Shown: in pieces, positions 18,202 through 28,042 of the stretch
Numbering within the stretch: the stretch's first letter is position 1
Layout: every line of letters begins with the position of its first letter
NCBI GenBank assembly: GCA_024687655.1
Contig: JAILEN010000214.1
Location: 14,523 to 78,522 of the forward strand
Length of the DNA: 64,000 nt
Source of the DNA: Lachnospiraceae bacterium
GTDB lineage: Bacteria; Bacillota; Clostridia; Lachnospirales; Lachnospiraceae
Direction of reading: 5' to 3'
The notes under the pieces: generated by a model
Seen by the model: only the letters and a program-made list of their open reading frames with translations
What the model was told of the DNA's origin: nothing
The model's database searches: none
Translations under genes and position numbers: made by a program

Positions 18202-21200
18202 ATGTCAAAGAGAACTGATCTGAAAAAAATACTGGTGATCGGCTCCGGTCCCATTGTCATAGGACAGGCTGCAGAGTTTGACTATGCAGGCACCCAGGCT
18301 TGTCTGGCCTTAAAGGAAGAGGGCTACGAGGTTATCCTGGCCAACTCCAATCCCGCCACCATCATGACGGACACCATGGTTGCGGACAAGGTCTATATGG
18401 AACCCCTTACCCTGGAATACATGGCCCGTATCTGTCGTTATGAGAGACCTGACGCCATAGTGCCGGGCATAGGAGGACAGACAGGACTGAACCTGGCCAT
18501 GCAGCTTTATAAAAAGGGCATTTTGGCAGAGTGTGAGATCGAGCTTTTGGGCACGGACGCCAAGTCCATCGAGTGTGCGGAGGACAGGGAGCTTTTCAAG
18601 GAACTCTGTGAGCGCATAGGAGAGCCGGTGGTGCCCTCAGGTATAGCTTATTCCAACAAGGACGCGCATCAGATAGCAGATGAGATAGGCTATCCCGTCA
18701 TTTTGCGTCCAGCATTTACACTGGGGGGTACTGGAGGCGGTTTTGCGGCCAATCCGGAGGAGCTTACTGACATGATGAAAAACGCCCTGGCACTTTCACC
18801 GGTGCATCAGGTGCTCATCGAAAAGAGCATAAAGGGCTATAAGGAGATAGAGTACGAGGTGATGCGGGATGCCAACGATACCGCCATTACCGTCTGTAAT
18901 ATGGAAAACCTGGATCCGGTGGGCATCCATACCGGCGACTCCATCGTGGTGGCGCCCAGCCAGACCCTGACCAACAAGGAATACCACATGCTCAGGAACA
19001 GCGCGCTTAAGATCATCCGTGCCCTGGATGTAAAGGGCGGATGTAACGTTCAGTTTGCGCTGGATCCTCTGTCATTCAGATATTATGTCATCGAGGTAAA
19101 TCCCCGTGTGTCCAGATCTTCGGCTCTGGCATCCAAGGCCAGCGGCTATCCCATCGCCAGGGTATCTGCCAAGATAGCGGTGGGCATGGACCTCCATGAG
19201 ATCGAGCTTAAAAATACACCGGCATGCTTTGAGCCTTCATTGGATTATGTGGTTACAAAGATGCCCAGGTTCCCCTTTGACAAGTTCCCTGCAGCCATGA
19301 ACACGCTGTCTACACAGATGAAGGCCACGGGTGAGGTCATGAGCGTGGGCAGGACCTTTGAGGAGAGCCTGCTTAAGGCCATCAGGTCCTTAGAGGACGG
19401 CAAGAACCACATCCATATGGAAAAGTTCGACAAGGAACATATGAGTGTGGAGGACCTGCTTAATTACATCAAGGAGGGCACTGACGACAGGATCTACGCC
19501 ATCTCACAGCTTTTGTGGCTGGGTGTGGACTATACCCTTATCTGCGATATCACCGGCATAGACATGTTCTTTTTGGAAAAGATCAAAAAGATCGTGGATC
19601 TGGAGAGGGAGCTGGAAAATAATCCCCATTCCGAGGAGCTGTTAAGATACGCGAAGCGCATGGGCTTTTCGGACGCCTATGTGGCAGAACTCTGGAAGTG
19701 TGAGGAGGATGAGGTCTACGAGCTTCGTGAAAAGCTGGATATCCATCCCATCTACAAGATGATCGATACCTGCGCCGGAGAGTTTGAAAGCTACGTTCCC
19801 TATTTTTACTCCACCTACGAGACAGAAAACGAGTCCCTGGTCACTGACAATAAAAAGGTCATCGTTTTAGGCTCCGGGCCCATCAGGATAGGGCAGGGCG
19901 TAGAGTTTGACTATTCCACTGTCCATGCGGTAAAGACCATCCATAACATGGGTTATGAGGCCATAGTGATAAACAACAACCCCGAGACGGTTTCCACGGA
20001 TTACACTACTGCGGACAAGCTCTATTTTGAGCCACTGACCTCCGAGGACGTGATGAACGTGGTACATCTGGAAAAGCCCATGGGCGTCATTGCCACCCTG
20101 GGCGGACAGACCGCGGTGAACCTGGCGGAGAGCCTTACCAAGCGCGGGGTCAATATAATAGGAACAGACTTTAAGGCCATAGAAAAGGCGGAGGACCGTG
20201 ATTCCTTTGACGCTGTGCTCCATGAGGCGGGTATTCCCAATCCCAAGGGCCAGGCGGTCACCGACATCGAATCAGGAGTAGCGGCTGCGGAAAACATAGG
20301 ATATCCCGTGCTGGTACGCCCCAGCTTTGTGCTTGGCGGCCGGGCCATGGAGATCGTGGCCAACGAGGAGATGCTGAGGCACTATCTGGGCAATGCCGTG
20401 GATATGGATTCAGAGAGACCTGTTTTGATAGATAAGTACCTTAAGGGCAAAGAGGTGGAGGTTGACGCCATCTGTGACGGCACTGATGTATTTTTGCCCG
20501 GTATCATGGAGCTGGTAGAGCGCACCGGCGTTCATTCCGGCGACAGCAGCAGCGTATTCCCGCCTTTTTCCATTTCAAAGGAGGTTCAGGATACGGTGGC
20601 GGAGTACACCAGACGTCTGGGACTGGCCATTGGCATCCGGGGCCTGTACAACATCCAGTTTATCGTGGATGAAGAGGATAATGTATACGTCATTGAGGTC
20701 AATCCCCGTGCTTCCCGAAGCGTGCCATTTTTGTCAAAGTCCAGTGGCAAGAGCCTGGTGGATATAGCCACAAAGGTCATGCTGGGAGTATCTCTGAAGG
20801 AACAGGGAGTTTTGGAGGAAGATACGGGCAAGCAAAAGAAATGGTATGTAAAGACTCCGGCATTTTCATTTGAAAAGCTCACCGGCATGGATACCTATCT
20901 CTCACCGGAGATGAAGTCCACCGGAGAGGCCATAGGCTATGACAAGTCCCTGAACATCGCCCTTTATAAGGCGCTTCAGGCGTCCGGGATAAAGATGAAG
21001 GACTACGGTACCGTGGTTGTGACACTGGCGGATGAGGACAAAGTGGAGGGACTTCCTCTCATCAGGCGTTTTTACGACCTGGGCTTCAATATCGAGGCCA
21101 CCACAGGCACCGGTACCTACCTTAAGGAAAACGGTATCCGAACCCGTATCCGAGGCCGGCTAAGCGATGGCAGTGAGGAGATTCTGGAGTCCATCCGGGC

Positions 21201-21384
21201 AGGATACGTAAGCTACGTCATCAATACACGGGCCATTTTATCAGGGGTACACTATGAGGACGGCGCATCCATCAGACAGTGCGCGGTACAAAACGGAGTG
21301 ACCACCTTTACCTCACTGGATACGGTGCGTATCCTTTTAGACGTTCTTGAGGCCACAGTGCCCGAGATAGCAACCATATCATAA
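18202..21384 (+). CDS. carB: Carbamoyl-phosphate synthase large subunit
   Basis: 1060 aa with duplicated ATP-grasp halves (ILVIGSGPIVIGQAAEFDYAGTQA and VIVLGSGPIRIGQGVEFDY) and a C-terminal MGS-like domain. Confidence 0.95.
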   Translation: MSKRTDLKKILVIGSGPIVIGQAAEFDYAGTQACLALKEEGYEVILANSNPATIMTDTMVADKVYMEPLTLEYMARICRYERPDAIVPGIGGQTGLNLAMQLYKKGILAECEIELLGTDAKSIECAEDRELFKELCERIGEPVVPSGIAYSNKDAHQIADEIGYPVILRPAFTLGGTGGGFAANPEELTDMMKNALALSPVHQVLIEKSIKGYKEIEYEVMRDANDTAITVCNMENLDPVGIHTGDSIVVAPSQTLTNKEYHMLRNSALKIIRALDVKGGCNVQFALDPLSFRYYVIEVNPRVSRSSALASKASGYPIARVSAKIAVGMDLHEIELKNTPACFEPSLDYVVTKMPRFPFDKFPAAMNTLSTQMKATGEVMSVGRTFEESLLKAIRSLEDGKNHIHMEKFDKEHMSVEDLLNYIKEGTDDRIYAISQLLWLGVDYTLICDITGIDMFFLEKIKKIVDLERELENNPHSEELLRYAKRMGFSDAYVAELWKCEEDEVYELREKLDIHPIYKMIDTCAGEFESYVPYFYSTYETENESLVTDNKKVIVLGSGPIRIGQGVEFDYSTVHAVKTIHNMGYEAIVINNNPETVSTDYTTADKLYFEPLTSEDVMNVVHLEKPMGVIATLGGQTAVNLAESLTKRGVNIIGTDFKAIEKAEDRDSFDAVLHEAGIPNPKGQAVTDIESGVAAAENIGYPVLVRPSFVLGGRAMEIVANEEMLRHYLGNAVDMDSERPVLIDKYLKGKEVEVDAICDGTDVFLPGIMELVERTGVHSGDSSSVFPPFSISKEVQDTVAEYTRRLGLAIGIRGLYNIQFIVDEEDNVYVIEVNPRASRSVPFLSKSSGKSLVDIATKVMLGVSLKEQGVLEEDTGKQKKWYVKTPAFSFEKLTGMDTYLSPEMKSTGEAIGYDKSLNIALYKALQASGIKMKDYGTVVVTLADEDKVEGLPLIRRFYDLGFNIEATTGTGTYLKENGIRTRIRGRLSDGSEEILESIRAGYVSYVINTRAILSGVHYEDGASIRQCAVQNGVTTFTSLDTVRILLDVLEATVPEIATIS

Positions 21385-21393
21385 GGAGTTATC

Positions 21394-22605
21394 ATGTATA
21401 CAGTAAACAGCAGTTACAGTAAGATCCCCGGCAGTTATCTTTTTTCCGATATTGCCAAAAAGATATCTGCTTTCACGGAGGAGAATCCGGATGCGGATGT
21501 CATCAGACTTGGTATAGGAGATGTGACACAGCCCATCGCACCCACCATTATCGCAGCCATGCACAAGGCAGTGGACGAGATGGGAGATGCAGCCACTTTT
21601 CACGGCTATGCCCCGGATCTGGGATATGAGTTTTTGAGAAAAGCCATTTCGGAGTCCGATTACAGGAAAAGAGGCGTAGATATAGATATCGATGAGATCT
21701 TTATTTCCGACGGCGCCAAGAGTGATTCAGGCAATATCCAGGAGCTTTTCGGCATGGAAAACATCATCGCGGTGACTGATCCTGTGTACCCGGTGTATGT
21801 AGATTCCAACGCCATGAGCGGACGTTGCGGCAATTATATCAAAAGTGAGCAGAGGTGGAGCGATATAGTATACCTGCCCACCACGGCGGAAAACAATTTT
21901 GTCCCCGAATTGCCCCAGAAGACGCCGGACATCATCTATCTGTGCCTGCCCAACAATCCTACGGGTACCACCCTCAAAAAGGACCAGCTGCAGGAGTGGG
22001 TGGACTACGCCATCAGAAAAAATGCGCTCATTATCTATGATGCGGCCTATGAGGCGTATATTTCCGATGATGATGTTCCCCACAGCATCTACGAGTGCAC
22101 GGGAGCAAAGAGCTGTGCCATTGAGATCAGGTCATTTTCCAAAAATGCGGGCTTTACAGGCGTAAGACTTGGCTTTACCGTGGTTCCCAAGGAGATAAAA
22201 TGCGGCAAGACCTCCCTTCACGATATGTGGGCACGCCGCCACGACACCAAGTTCAACGGTGCTCCTTATATCATCCAGAGAGCCGGTGAGGCAGTGTACT
22301 CCGAATCCGGTCAGCGTGAGATAAAAGAACAGATAGCTTATTATATGAAAAATGCATCAGTTATACGAGAGGGCTTGACAAAAGCAGGCTATGACGTGTA
22401 TGGTGGCATAAACGCTCCCTATATCTGGCTGAAGACTCCGGACAGGATGACCTCATGGGAGTTTTTCGACTATCTTCTGAAGGAAAAGAACATTGTGGGT
22501 ACGCCGGGATCCGGCTTTGGCCCCAGTGGTGAGGGATACTTCAGACTGACGGCCTTTGGTACATTTGAAAATACGAAAAAGGCCATTGAGAGGATTGTCG
22601 GCTAA
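21394..22605 (+). CDS. dapL: LL-diaminopimelate aminotransferase (DapL-type)
   Basis: N-terminus ...[41 protein letters not shown], the PLP Lys region [14 protein letters not shown], and 403 aa. Confidence 0.8.
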   Translation: MYTVNSSYSKIPGSYLFSDIAKKISAFTEENPDADVIRLGIGDVTQPIAPTIIAAMHKAVDEMGDAATFHGYAPDLGYEFLRKAISESDYRKRGVDIDIDEIFISDGAKSDSGNIQELFGMENIIAVTDPVYPVYVDSNAMSGRCGNYIKSEQRWSDIVYLPTTAENNFVPELPQKTPDIIYLCLPNNPTGTTLKKDQLQEWVDYAIRKNALIIYDAAYEAYISDDDVPHSIYECTGAKSCAIEIRSFSKNAGFTGVRLGFTVVPKEIKCGKTSLHDMWARRHDTKFNGAPYIIQRAGEAVYSESGQREIKEQIAYYMKNASVIREGLTKAGYDVYGGINAPYIWLKTPDRMTSWEFFDYLLKEKNIVGTPGSGFGPSGEGYFRLTAFGTFENTKKAIERIVG

Positions 22606-22628
22606 ACCATATAACGAAAGGCACTTAT

Positions 22629-23846
22629 ATGTTATACGCCAGCTTTGGTATACTGGCCCTGGTGCTTCATGTGATCATCAACTACGATGTGCTGGTTAAA
22701 AATGATTACAGAAATGAAGCCATAAGGCCGTACCGGCATTATCTTGTCGGTCTTTTATTCTTTTATATTCTTGACATATCCTGGGGTCTTATTTATGAGA
22801 CCAAAATGGTTCCCCTGGTGTATGCCAACACGTTGATGTTCTTTTTATCTATGGTGGTATCGGTAGCGCTGTGGACTCGGTACGTGGTGGCTTATCTCAA
22901 CAGAAAAGGCCGTTTCAGCCTGTTTTTGTCTTATTCAGGCTGGATAATCCTGGGATATGAGGTACTGCATCTCATAATCAATTTCTTCAGACCGGTGATA
23001 TTCTGGGTTGAGGATGATGGGACCTATCATCCCCTTAGTGGCAGGTATGTAACACTGAGCTTACAGGTGGTACTGTTTCTGGTGGCATCCGTCTATTCGC
23101 TGGTGGTGGCTACCCGCACTGAGGGCAATACCAAGCTCCATCACCGCACCATAGGTGTATCCGGTATCGCCATGTCTGCATTTGTGATCCTACAGACCTC
23201 GGATCCCATGCTTCCCTATTATTCCATCGGTTGTATGCTGGGGACGGCCCTTTTGCATACTTTCGTTTTGGAGGATGAGAAGGAGGAGCAGAAAAAGAGC
23301 CTTGAGGATCTTTTGGAACGGGAGAAAAGGCATAAGCAGGAGCTCTTGTCTGCCAGACAGATGGCATACACCGACTCTCTTACCGGAGTCAAGAACAAGC
23401 ACTCCTACTTTGAGGCTGAGACATCCCTGGACAGCCGTATCGCAAGTGATGATGTGGAGGGCTTTGCGGTTGTGGTCTTCGACCTTAATGACCTAAAGCT
23501 CATCAATGATACAAAGGGTCACGACGAAGGTGATAATTATATCTGTGAGGCATGCAGACTCATATGTACCATTTTCGATCACAGTCCGGTCTTCCGTATT
23601 GGCGGAGATGAATTTGTGGCCATTTTGGAAAACAGCGATTTTGAGCATAGGTTTGAGCTGCTGGCAGATTTTGATGCTCAGATAGAGGAAAATATCAAAG
23701 CAGGAGCGGCTGTTGTTGCCAGCGGCATGTCGGACTTCAGAAAGGAAACCGACGACTGCTACCAGCCTGTATTTGAGCGGGCTGATAAAAAGATGTATGA
23801 ACGCAAGTATATCCTCAAGGAAATGGCAAGCCAGATACATGCGTAA
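22629..23846 (+). CDS. Membrane-anchored diguanylate cyclase (GGDEF)
   Basis: The N-terminal ~200 aa is multi-TM, followed by a coiled-coil linker. The C-terminal GGDEF domain has an intact RIGGDEF active site. Confidence 0.85.
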   Translation: MLYASFGILALVLHVIINYDVLVKNDYRNEAIRPYRHYLVGLLFFYILDISWGLIYETKMVPLVYANTLMFFLSMVVSVALWTRYVVAYLNRKGRFSLFLSYSGWIILGYEVLHLIINFFRPVIFWVEDDGTYHPLSGRYVTLSLQVVLFLVASVYSLVVATRTEGNTKLHHRTIGVSGIAMSAFVILQTSDPMLPYYSIGCMLGTALLHTFVLEDEKEEQKKSLEDLLEREKRHKQELLSARQMAYTDSLTGVKNKHSYFEAETSLDSRIASDDVEGFAVVVFDLNDLKLINDTKGHDEGDNYICEACRLICTIFDHSPVFRIGGDEFVAILENSDFEHRFELLADFDAQIEENIKAGAAVVASGMSDFRKETDDCYQPVFERADKKMYERKYILKEMASQIHA

Positions 23847-23864
23847 CGGACCGGAGGATCTTTT

Positions 23865-24914
23865 ATGAACATCGAGACGGTTGACAAACTGAGTGAAACC
23901 GGGGATCTTTCGGACGAGGAGTTTTTATTTCTTCTTTCGGATGATAATCCCGAACTAAGTGAATATCTGGCGAAAAAGGCCCAAAAAGTCCGCGAAAAGC
24001 ACTATGGAAAAGATGTGTATATTCGCGGGCTTATTGAATTCACCAATTTTTGCAAAAACAACTGTAAGTATTGCGGCATAAGGTGCGGGAACAAAAACGC
24101 AGACCGCTACAGACTAGGTCCGGAGGAGATCATTTCCTGCGGGGATATGGGATATGAGCTGGGCTTTCGTACCTTCGTTCTACAGGGCGGGGAGGATCCG
24201 TATTTTACAGATGATAAGATGGCGGATATAGTCAGCGCCCTGAAGGACCGTCATCCGGACTGTGCCGTAACCCTTTCCATTGGAGAGCGCAGCAGGGAAA
24301 GCTATGAGAGGCTTTTTGATGCGGGGGCAGACCGGTACCTCTTGCGACATGAGACGGCTGACAAGGCCCACTATGAGTCTCTGCATCCTGCGGACATGTC
24401 CTTTGACAACCGGATGCGCTGCCTTAATGATCTTCGTGATATCGGATATCAGGTGGGCTGCGGCATGATGATTGGTTCTCCCGGCCAGAGATTGGAGCAT
24501 CTTGTCAGGGATCTTCGGTTTTTACGGGAATTTAAGCCCCAGATGGTGGGGATAGGGCCTTTTGTACCTCATCATGATACTGAATATGCCCACATGCCAG
24601 CGGGTTCCGTGGAGCTGACCCTAAAGCTTCTATCCATCATACGACTGATCCTGCCGGAGGTTTTGCTTCCCGCCACCACGGCTTTGGGCACACTGGATCC
24701 CCTGGGGCGGGAAAAGGGCCTTGCAGCGGGCGCCAATGTTATAATGCCCAATCTGTCCCCTACAGAGGTCAGAGGCAAGTATCTGTTATATGACAACAAG
24801 ATCTGTACCGGAGAGGAGGCAGCTGAGTGCATACGCTGCCTGACAATGCGTGTGAAAAACGCCGGATATGATATAGTTGAGGATCGCGGAGATCACCTGT
24901 CATTCAAAAAATGA
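23865..24914 (+). CDS. hydE: [FeFe]-hydrogenase maturase HydE (radical SAM)
   Basis: The CKNNCKYCG radical-SAM triad is present. Also present are VLQGGEDPYF, GADRYLLRHETA, GYQVGCGMMIGSPGQ, MVGIGPFVPH and GANVIMPN, which are collinear with HydE as I recall the Thermotoga protein. Confidence 0.8.
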   Translation: MNIETVDKLSETGDLSDEEFLFLLSDDNPELSEYLAKKAQKVREKHYGKDVYIRGLIEFTNFCKNNCKYCGIRCGNKNADRYRLGPEEIISCGDMGYELGFRTFVLQGGEDPYFTDDKMADIVSALKDRHPDCAVTLSIGERSRESYERLFDAGADRYLLRHETADKAHYESLHPADMSFDNRMRCLNDLRDIGYQVGCGMMIGSPGQRLEHLVRDLRFLREFKPQMVGIGPFVPHHDTEYAHMPAGSVELTLKLLSIIRLILPEVLLPATTALGTLDPLGREKGLAAGANVIMPNLSPTEVRGKYLLYDNKICTGEEAAECIRCLTMRVKNAGYDIVEDRGDHLSFKK

Positions 24915-25934
24915 GCTTGCCGCCTCAGCTGCGGCATCGATCCGCTTTTCCTTGTCGGAGATATAGTGCTTTGAGGTATCGATGGAGCTGTGGTGCAGGG
25001 CATCCTTTATGGCATAGATATCCTTTGTCTCTGCGTATACCTTTGTGGCAAAGGTGGCCCTCATCTTGTGGGGTGATATATTGTCGGGCAGATTTGCAGC
25101 CCGGCAGTATTTTTTCATCATTTTCTGGACTGCATTTACAGAGATACGCCTGCCCTGAGTGGATATGAAAAGGGCGTTTTCCCGGCTGTCTGTTACCAGT
25201 CCCGGCCGGCAGAACTCGATATAATCCTCCACGGCATTACTGACTGCGTCTATCATACGCACCTTGTCCTCGTCACCGCCTTTTCTGATTATCCGAAGAT
25301 AGTACTTATCAGCCTCGGTTTTATCTATGTCAGTGAGATTGAGGCCCACGAGCTCCGAGACACGTATGCCGGTGCCTAAAAGGACCATAACGATGGCCAG
25401 ATCCCTGTCGGAGATACGCTGGTTATATTTTTTTGTATGTTCGCTGTAATTAAGGCCCTCCTGGGTCCTGATGCATTTTAAAAGGGCGGCAACCTGGGTG
25501 TCGCTCAGCTTGATGACATCATGAGCCTTAAGCTTGGGACCGGTGGCCAAAAGGGTGGGATTGGTCTGGATCATCTCAGTACTGATATAGTACTTGTAAA
25601 AGGTCTTGAGAACTGACAGCTTGCGGCGCTTGGCATTGTCGGAAAGCTCTATCCCGTCCTCAGATCTGGCCATATAGGCTTCGATGTTTTTAAGCTTTAT
25701 GCTGTCCAGATCCTCCACGACCAGATCGTTTACAGACTCCTTTTTCAGGGTGGTGACCATGAAACGCAAAAACACATTGATCTCATACATGTAGCTTAGG
25801 ATGGTATTTGTGGAGCGGCTTTGTGCCACCATATGACCATAAAAATCCTCCACAAATAATGGCATGTCCAAAAGCATCTCATTGATCTTTTCATTATTTT
25901 TTTTGTCTGTCTGATTACGGTACTCGCGGCTCAT
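24900..25934 (-). CDS. Tyrosine recombinase (XerC/XerD-like integrase family)
   Basis: 344 aa. It has an N-terminal SAM-like core-binding domain and a catalytic region with GIRVSEL (Arg), HKMRATFAT (His-x-x-Arg) and LHHSSIDTSKHY (His ... Tyr). Its 3' end overlaps hydE by 15 nt (convergent). Confidence 0.8.
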   Translation of the reverse strand: MSREYRNQTDKKNNEKINEMLLDMPLFVEDFYGHMVAQSRSTNTILSYMYEINVFLRFMVTTLKKESVNDLVVEDLDSIKLKNIEAYMARSEDGIELSDNAKRRKLSVLKTFYKYYISTEMIQTNPTLLATGPKLKAHDVIKLSDTQVAALLKCIRTQEGLNYSEHTKKYNQRISDRDLAIVMVLLGTGIRVSELVGLNLTDIDKTEADKYYLRIIRKGGDEDKVRMIDAVSNAVEDYIEFCRPGLVTDSRENALFISTQGRRISVNAVQKMMKKYCRAANLPDNISPHKMRATFATKVYAETKDIYAIKDALHHSSIDTSKHYISDKEKRIDAAAEAASSFFE

Positions 25935-26072
25935 ATACTGTCTCCCCGATATTTTGGTACATTATACCACAAACGATTGGGAATTGTGGGATACTGTGAA
26001 GTATATTATAATAGTATTATTAAAATAATATTTTGAGATTGAGGAAAAACAAGGAAAAGAGGGGAACACAAA

Positions 26073-26909
26073 ATGAAAGTATCATTGACGGAGGATCTGC
26101 AAAAAAAACTTGAAGATCTAAAGGATCATATCAGGGGACTCGGATCTCTTGCGGTGGGCTTTTCGGGCGGAGTTGACTCCACGTTTTTGCTTGCAGTAGC
26201 GCATGAAGTGCTGGGGGATGGGGTTATCGCCGTGACCGAGGCTGATGCGTCGGTACCGGGACGTGAACTGGATGAAGCAAGGTTTTTTTGTGAGGAGAGG
26301 GGTATACGTCACATAACGTGTAACGTGGATCCGTTTAAAGAAGAAGAGTACCGGCAAAACGGCCCGGACAGGTGCTATTTCTGCAAGAAAGGGATATTTA
26401 CGGAGATCAAAAGGATCGCTGAAGAAAACGGGATCGCCTATGTTGCTGAGGGCTCGAATGTGGATGATATGGGAGATTATCGCCCCGGACTCAGGGCGGT
26501 GGAGGAGCTTTCGGTTAAAAGTCCGCTCAGGGAGGCGGGACTTACCAAATCCGATATCCGCCTTATCTCAAAGGCCATGGAGCTGCCTACCTGGAGCAAG
26601 CCTGCATATGCCTGCCTGGCTTCCCGTTTTGTCTATGGAGAAGAGATCAACGAAAAAAAGCTTCGCATGATAGATCAGGCGGAGCAGTTTTTGATCGAAC
26701 ACGGTTTTTTGGAGGAACGTGTCCGTATTCACGGAAATATCGCCAGGATCGAGGTGCCTGCAAAGGATATTCCACGATTGGCATCAGATGAAGTGCGGGG
26801 GGTGATATATGAGCGGTTTAAAGAGCTTGGCTTTATGTTTGTGACCATCGATATGCGTGGTTATCGCCGGGGCAGCATGAACGAAACTATAAAACACACT
26901 TCAGAATAG
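26073..26909 (+). CDS. larE: LarE-like PP-loop ATP-dependent sulfur transferase family protein
   Basis: PP-loop VGFSGGVDSTFLL, a CYFCK motif, and 278 aa. No larB or larC is in the window. Confidence 0.7.
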   Translation: MKVSLTEDLQKKLEDLKDHIRGLGSLAVGFSGGVDSTFLLAVAHEVLGDGVIAVTEADASVPGRELDEARFFCEERGIRHITCNVDPFKEEEYRQNGPDRCYFCKKGIFTEIKRIAEENGIAYVAEGSNVDDMGDYRPGLRAVEELSVKSPLREAGLTKSDIRLISKAMELPTWSKPAYACLASRFVYGEEINEKKLRMIDQAEQFLIEHGFLEERVRIHGNIARIEVPAKDIPRLASDEVRGVIYERFKELGFMFVTIDMRGYRRGSMNETIKHTSE

Positions 26910-26921
26910 AAAGGAGAGAGG

Positions 26922-27389
26922 ATGGTCAGGAGAGCTATAAAAGATGACATTCCAAGGATAATGGAGCTATTGATCCAGGTGGATATGGTCCATCATAACG
27001 GACGGCCGGATATATTCAAGGGTCCGACTACAAAATACAGCGAGGAGCAGCTGGGACAGATTATCGATGATGACAGTACGCCGGTTTTCGTTTGTGTGGG
27101 AGAGGATGGAGTCGTCAGGGGTCATGCATTTTGCCAGCACAAGCAGGTGCTGGGAGACAGGGTCCTCACGGATATCAGGACCTTATACATAGATGACATC
27201 TGTGTGGATGAGACTTTTCGTGGAGAGGGCGTGGGGCGCCGGCTTTACGAGCATGTGCTGGGATATGCCCGGGATAACGGGTTTTACAATGTGACCCTCA
27301 ATGTATGGGAATGCAATCCCGGGGCCATGGATTTTTATAAAAAAATGGGCTTTGTTCCGCAGAAAACCGGCATGGAGATAATACTGTAA
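26922..27389 (+). CDS. GNAT family N-acetyltransferase
   Basis: 155 aa with acetyl-CoA motif A: VDETFRGEGVGRRLYEHV. Confidence 0.8.
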   Translation: MVRRAIKDDIPRIMELLIQVDMVHHNGRPDIFKGPTTKYSEEQLGQIIDDDSTPVFVCVGEDGVVRGHAFCQHKQVLGDRVLTDIRTLYIDDICVDETFRGEGVGRRLYEHVLGYARDNGFYNVTLNVWECNPGAMDFYKKMGFVPQKTGMEIIL

Positions 27390-27396
27390 AAGTGAA

Positions 27397-27425
27397 TTGA
27401 TTTATTACCCGATATTTGGCATAAT
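27397..27425 (+). promoter_or_regulatory. Putative sigma-A promoter of the ECF transporter operon
   Basis: TTGATT (27397-27402), a 17-nt spacer, then extended -10 TG-g-CATAAT (27417-27425). Confidence 0.5.
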
Positions 27426-27478
27426 ATCTGTGGCGCAAACGATTTCGTCTGCGCAGGAAATGAGAGGAGGAAGTATAG

Positions 27479-28036
27479 ATGAACAGTAAATTTGGAATCA
27501 GGGAAGTAGTAGCCATGGGTATCGGCACGGCACTTTTTGTGGTTTTGACCAACATCCAGGTCCCCATCGTCATAGTGCCCAACACCGCACTTCAGCCCAG
27601 AATGGCTGTGATGGCCTTTTTGGCAGCGGCTTTCGGACCCATCGTAGGAGGTGTCATCGGTCTTTTGGGACATGCTCTGGGTGACGCGTTATTTTACGGC
27701 TCTGTATGGTGGAGCTGGGTTTTCCCCGAGGCAGTTGTAGGTATAGCCATCGGCCTCTTTAAGAACAAGTATGCAGTAAGAGAGGGCGGCTTTAACTCCG
27801 GAAAGACCATCGTGCTTTTCAATGTTACTCAGGTAGTTGCCAACGCCATTGCCTGGATCCTTGTTGCACCCGTTCTTGACATCCTGGTATACGCTGAGCC
27901 TGCCAACAAGGTATTTGCCCAGGGCGCATTTGCTTTCCTCGGCAATATCATTATCATCGGCATTTTAGGCACACTGCTTTTAGTTGGTTACTCCAAGATA
28001 GCCGGCAAGTCTTCAGACCTTTCGGCAGAAGATTGA
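27479..28036 (+). CDS. ECF transporter S component, UPF0397 family (substrate unknown)
   Basis: 185 aa and multi-TM, with motifs GIGTALFVVL, PNTALQP, FGPIVGGVIGLLGHALGD, WWSWV and EPANKVFAQG, which are typical of UPF0397. Confidence 0.75.
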   Translation: MNSKFGIREVVAMGIGTALFVVLTNIQVPIVIVPNTALQPRMAVMAFLAAAFGPIVGGVIGLLGHALGDALFYGSVWWSWVFPEAVVGIAIGLFKNKYAVREGGFNSGKTIVLFNVTQVVANAIAWILVAPVLDILVYAEPANKVFAQGAFAFLGNIIIIGILGTLLLVGYSKIAGKSSDLSAED

Positions 28037-28042
28037 TGATAT

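Noticed and set aside
24900-25934. Tyrosine recombinase as a marker of an integrated mobile element or an invertible promoter switch
   Set aside because: No phage, transposon or conjugation genes flank it. No long inverted or direct repeats were found in the adjacent gaps, only AT-rich 7-bp arms at 26001-26029. The flanks are ordinary housekeeping genes, so it is more likely a chromosomal Xer-type recombinase.
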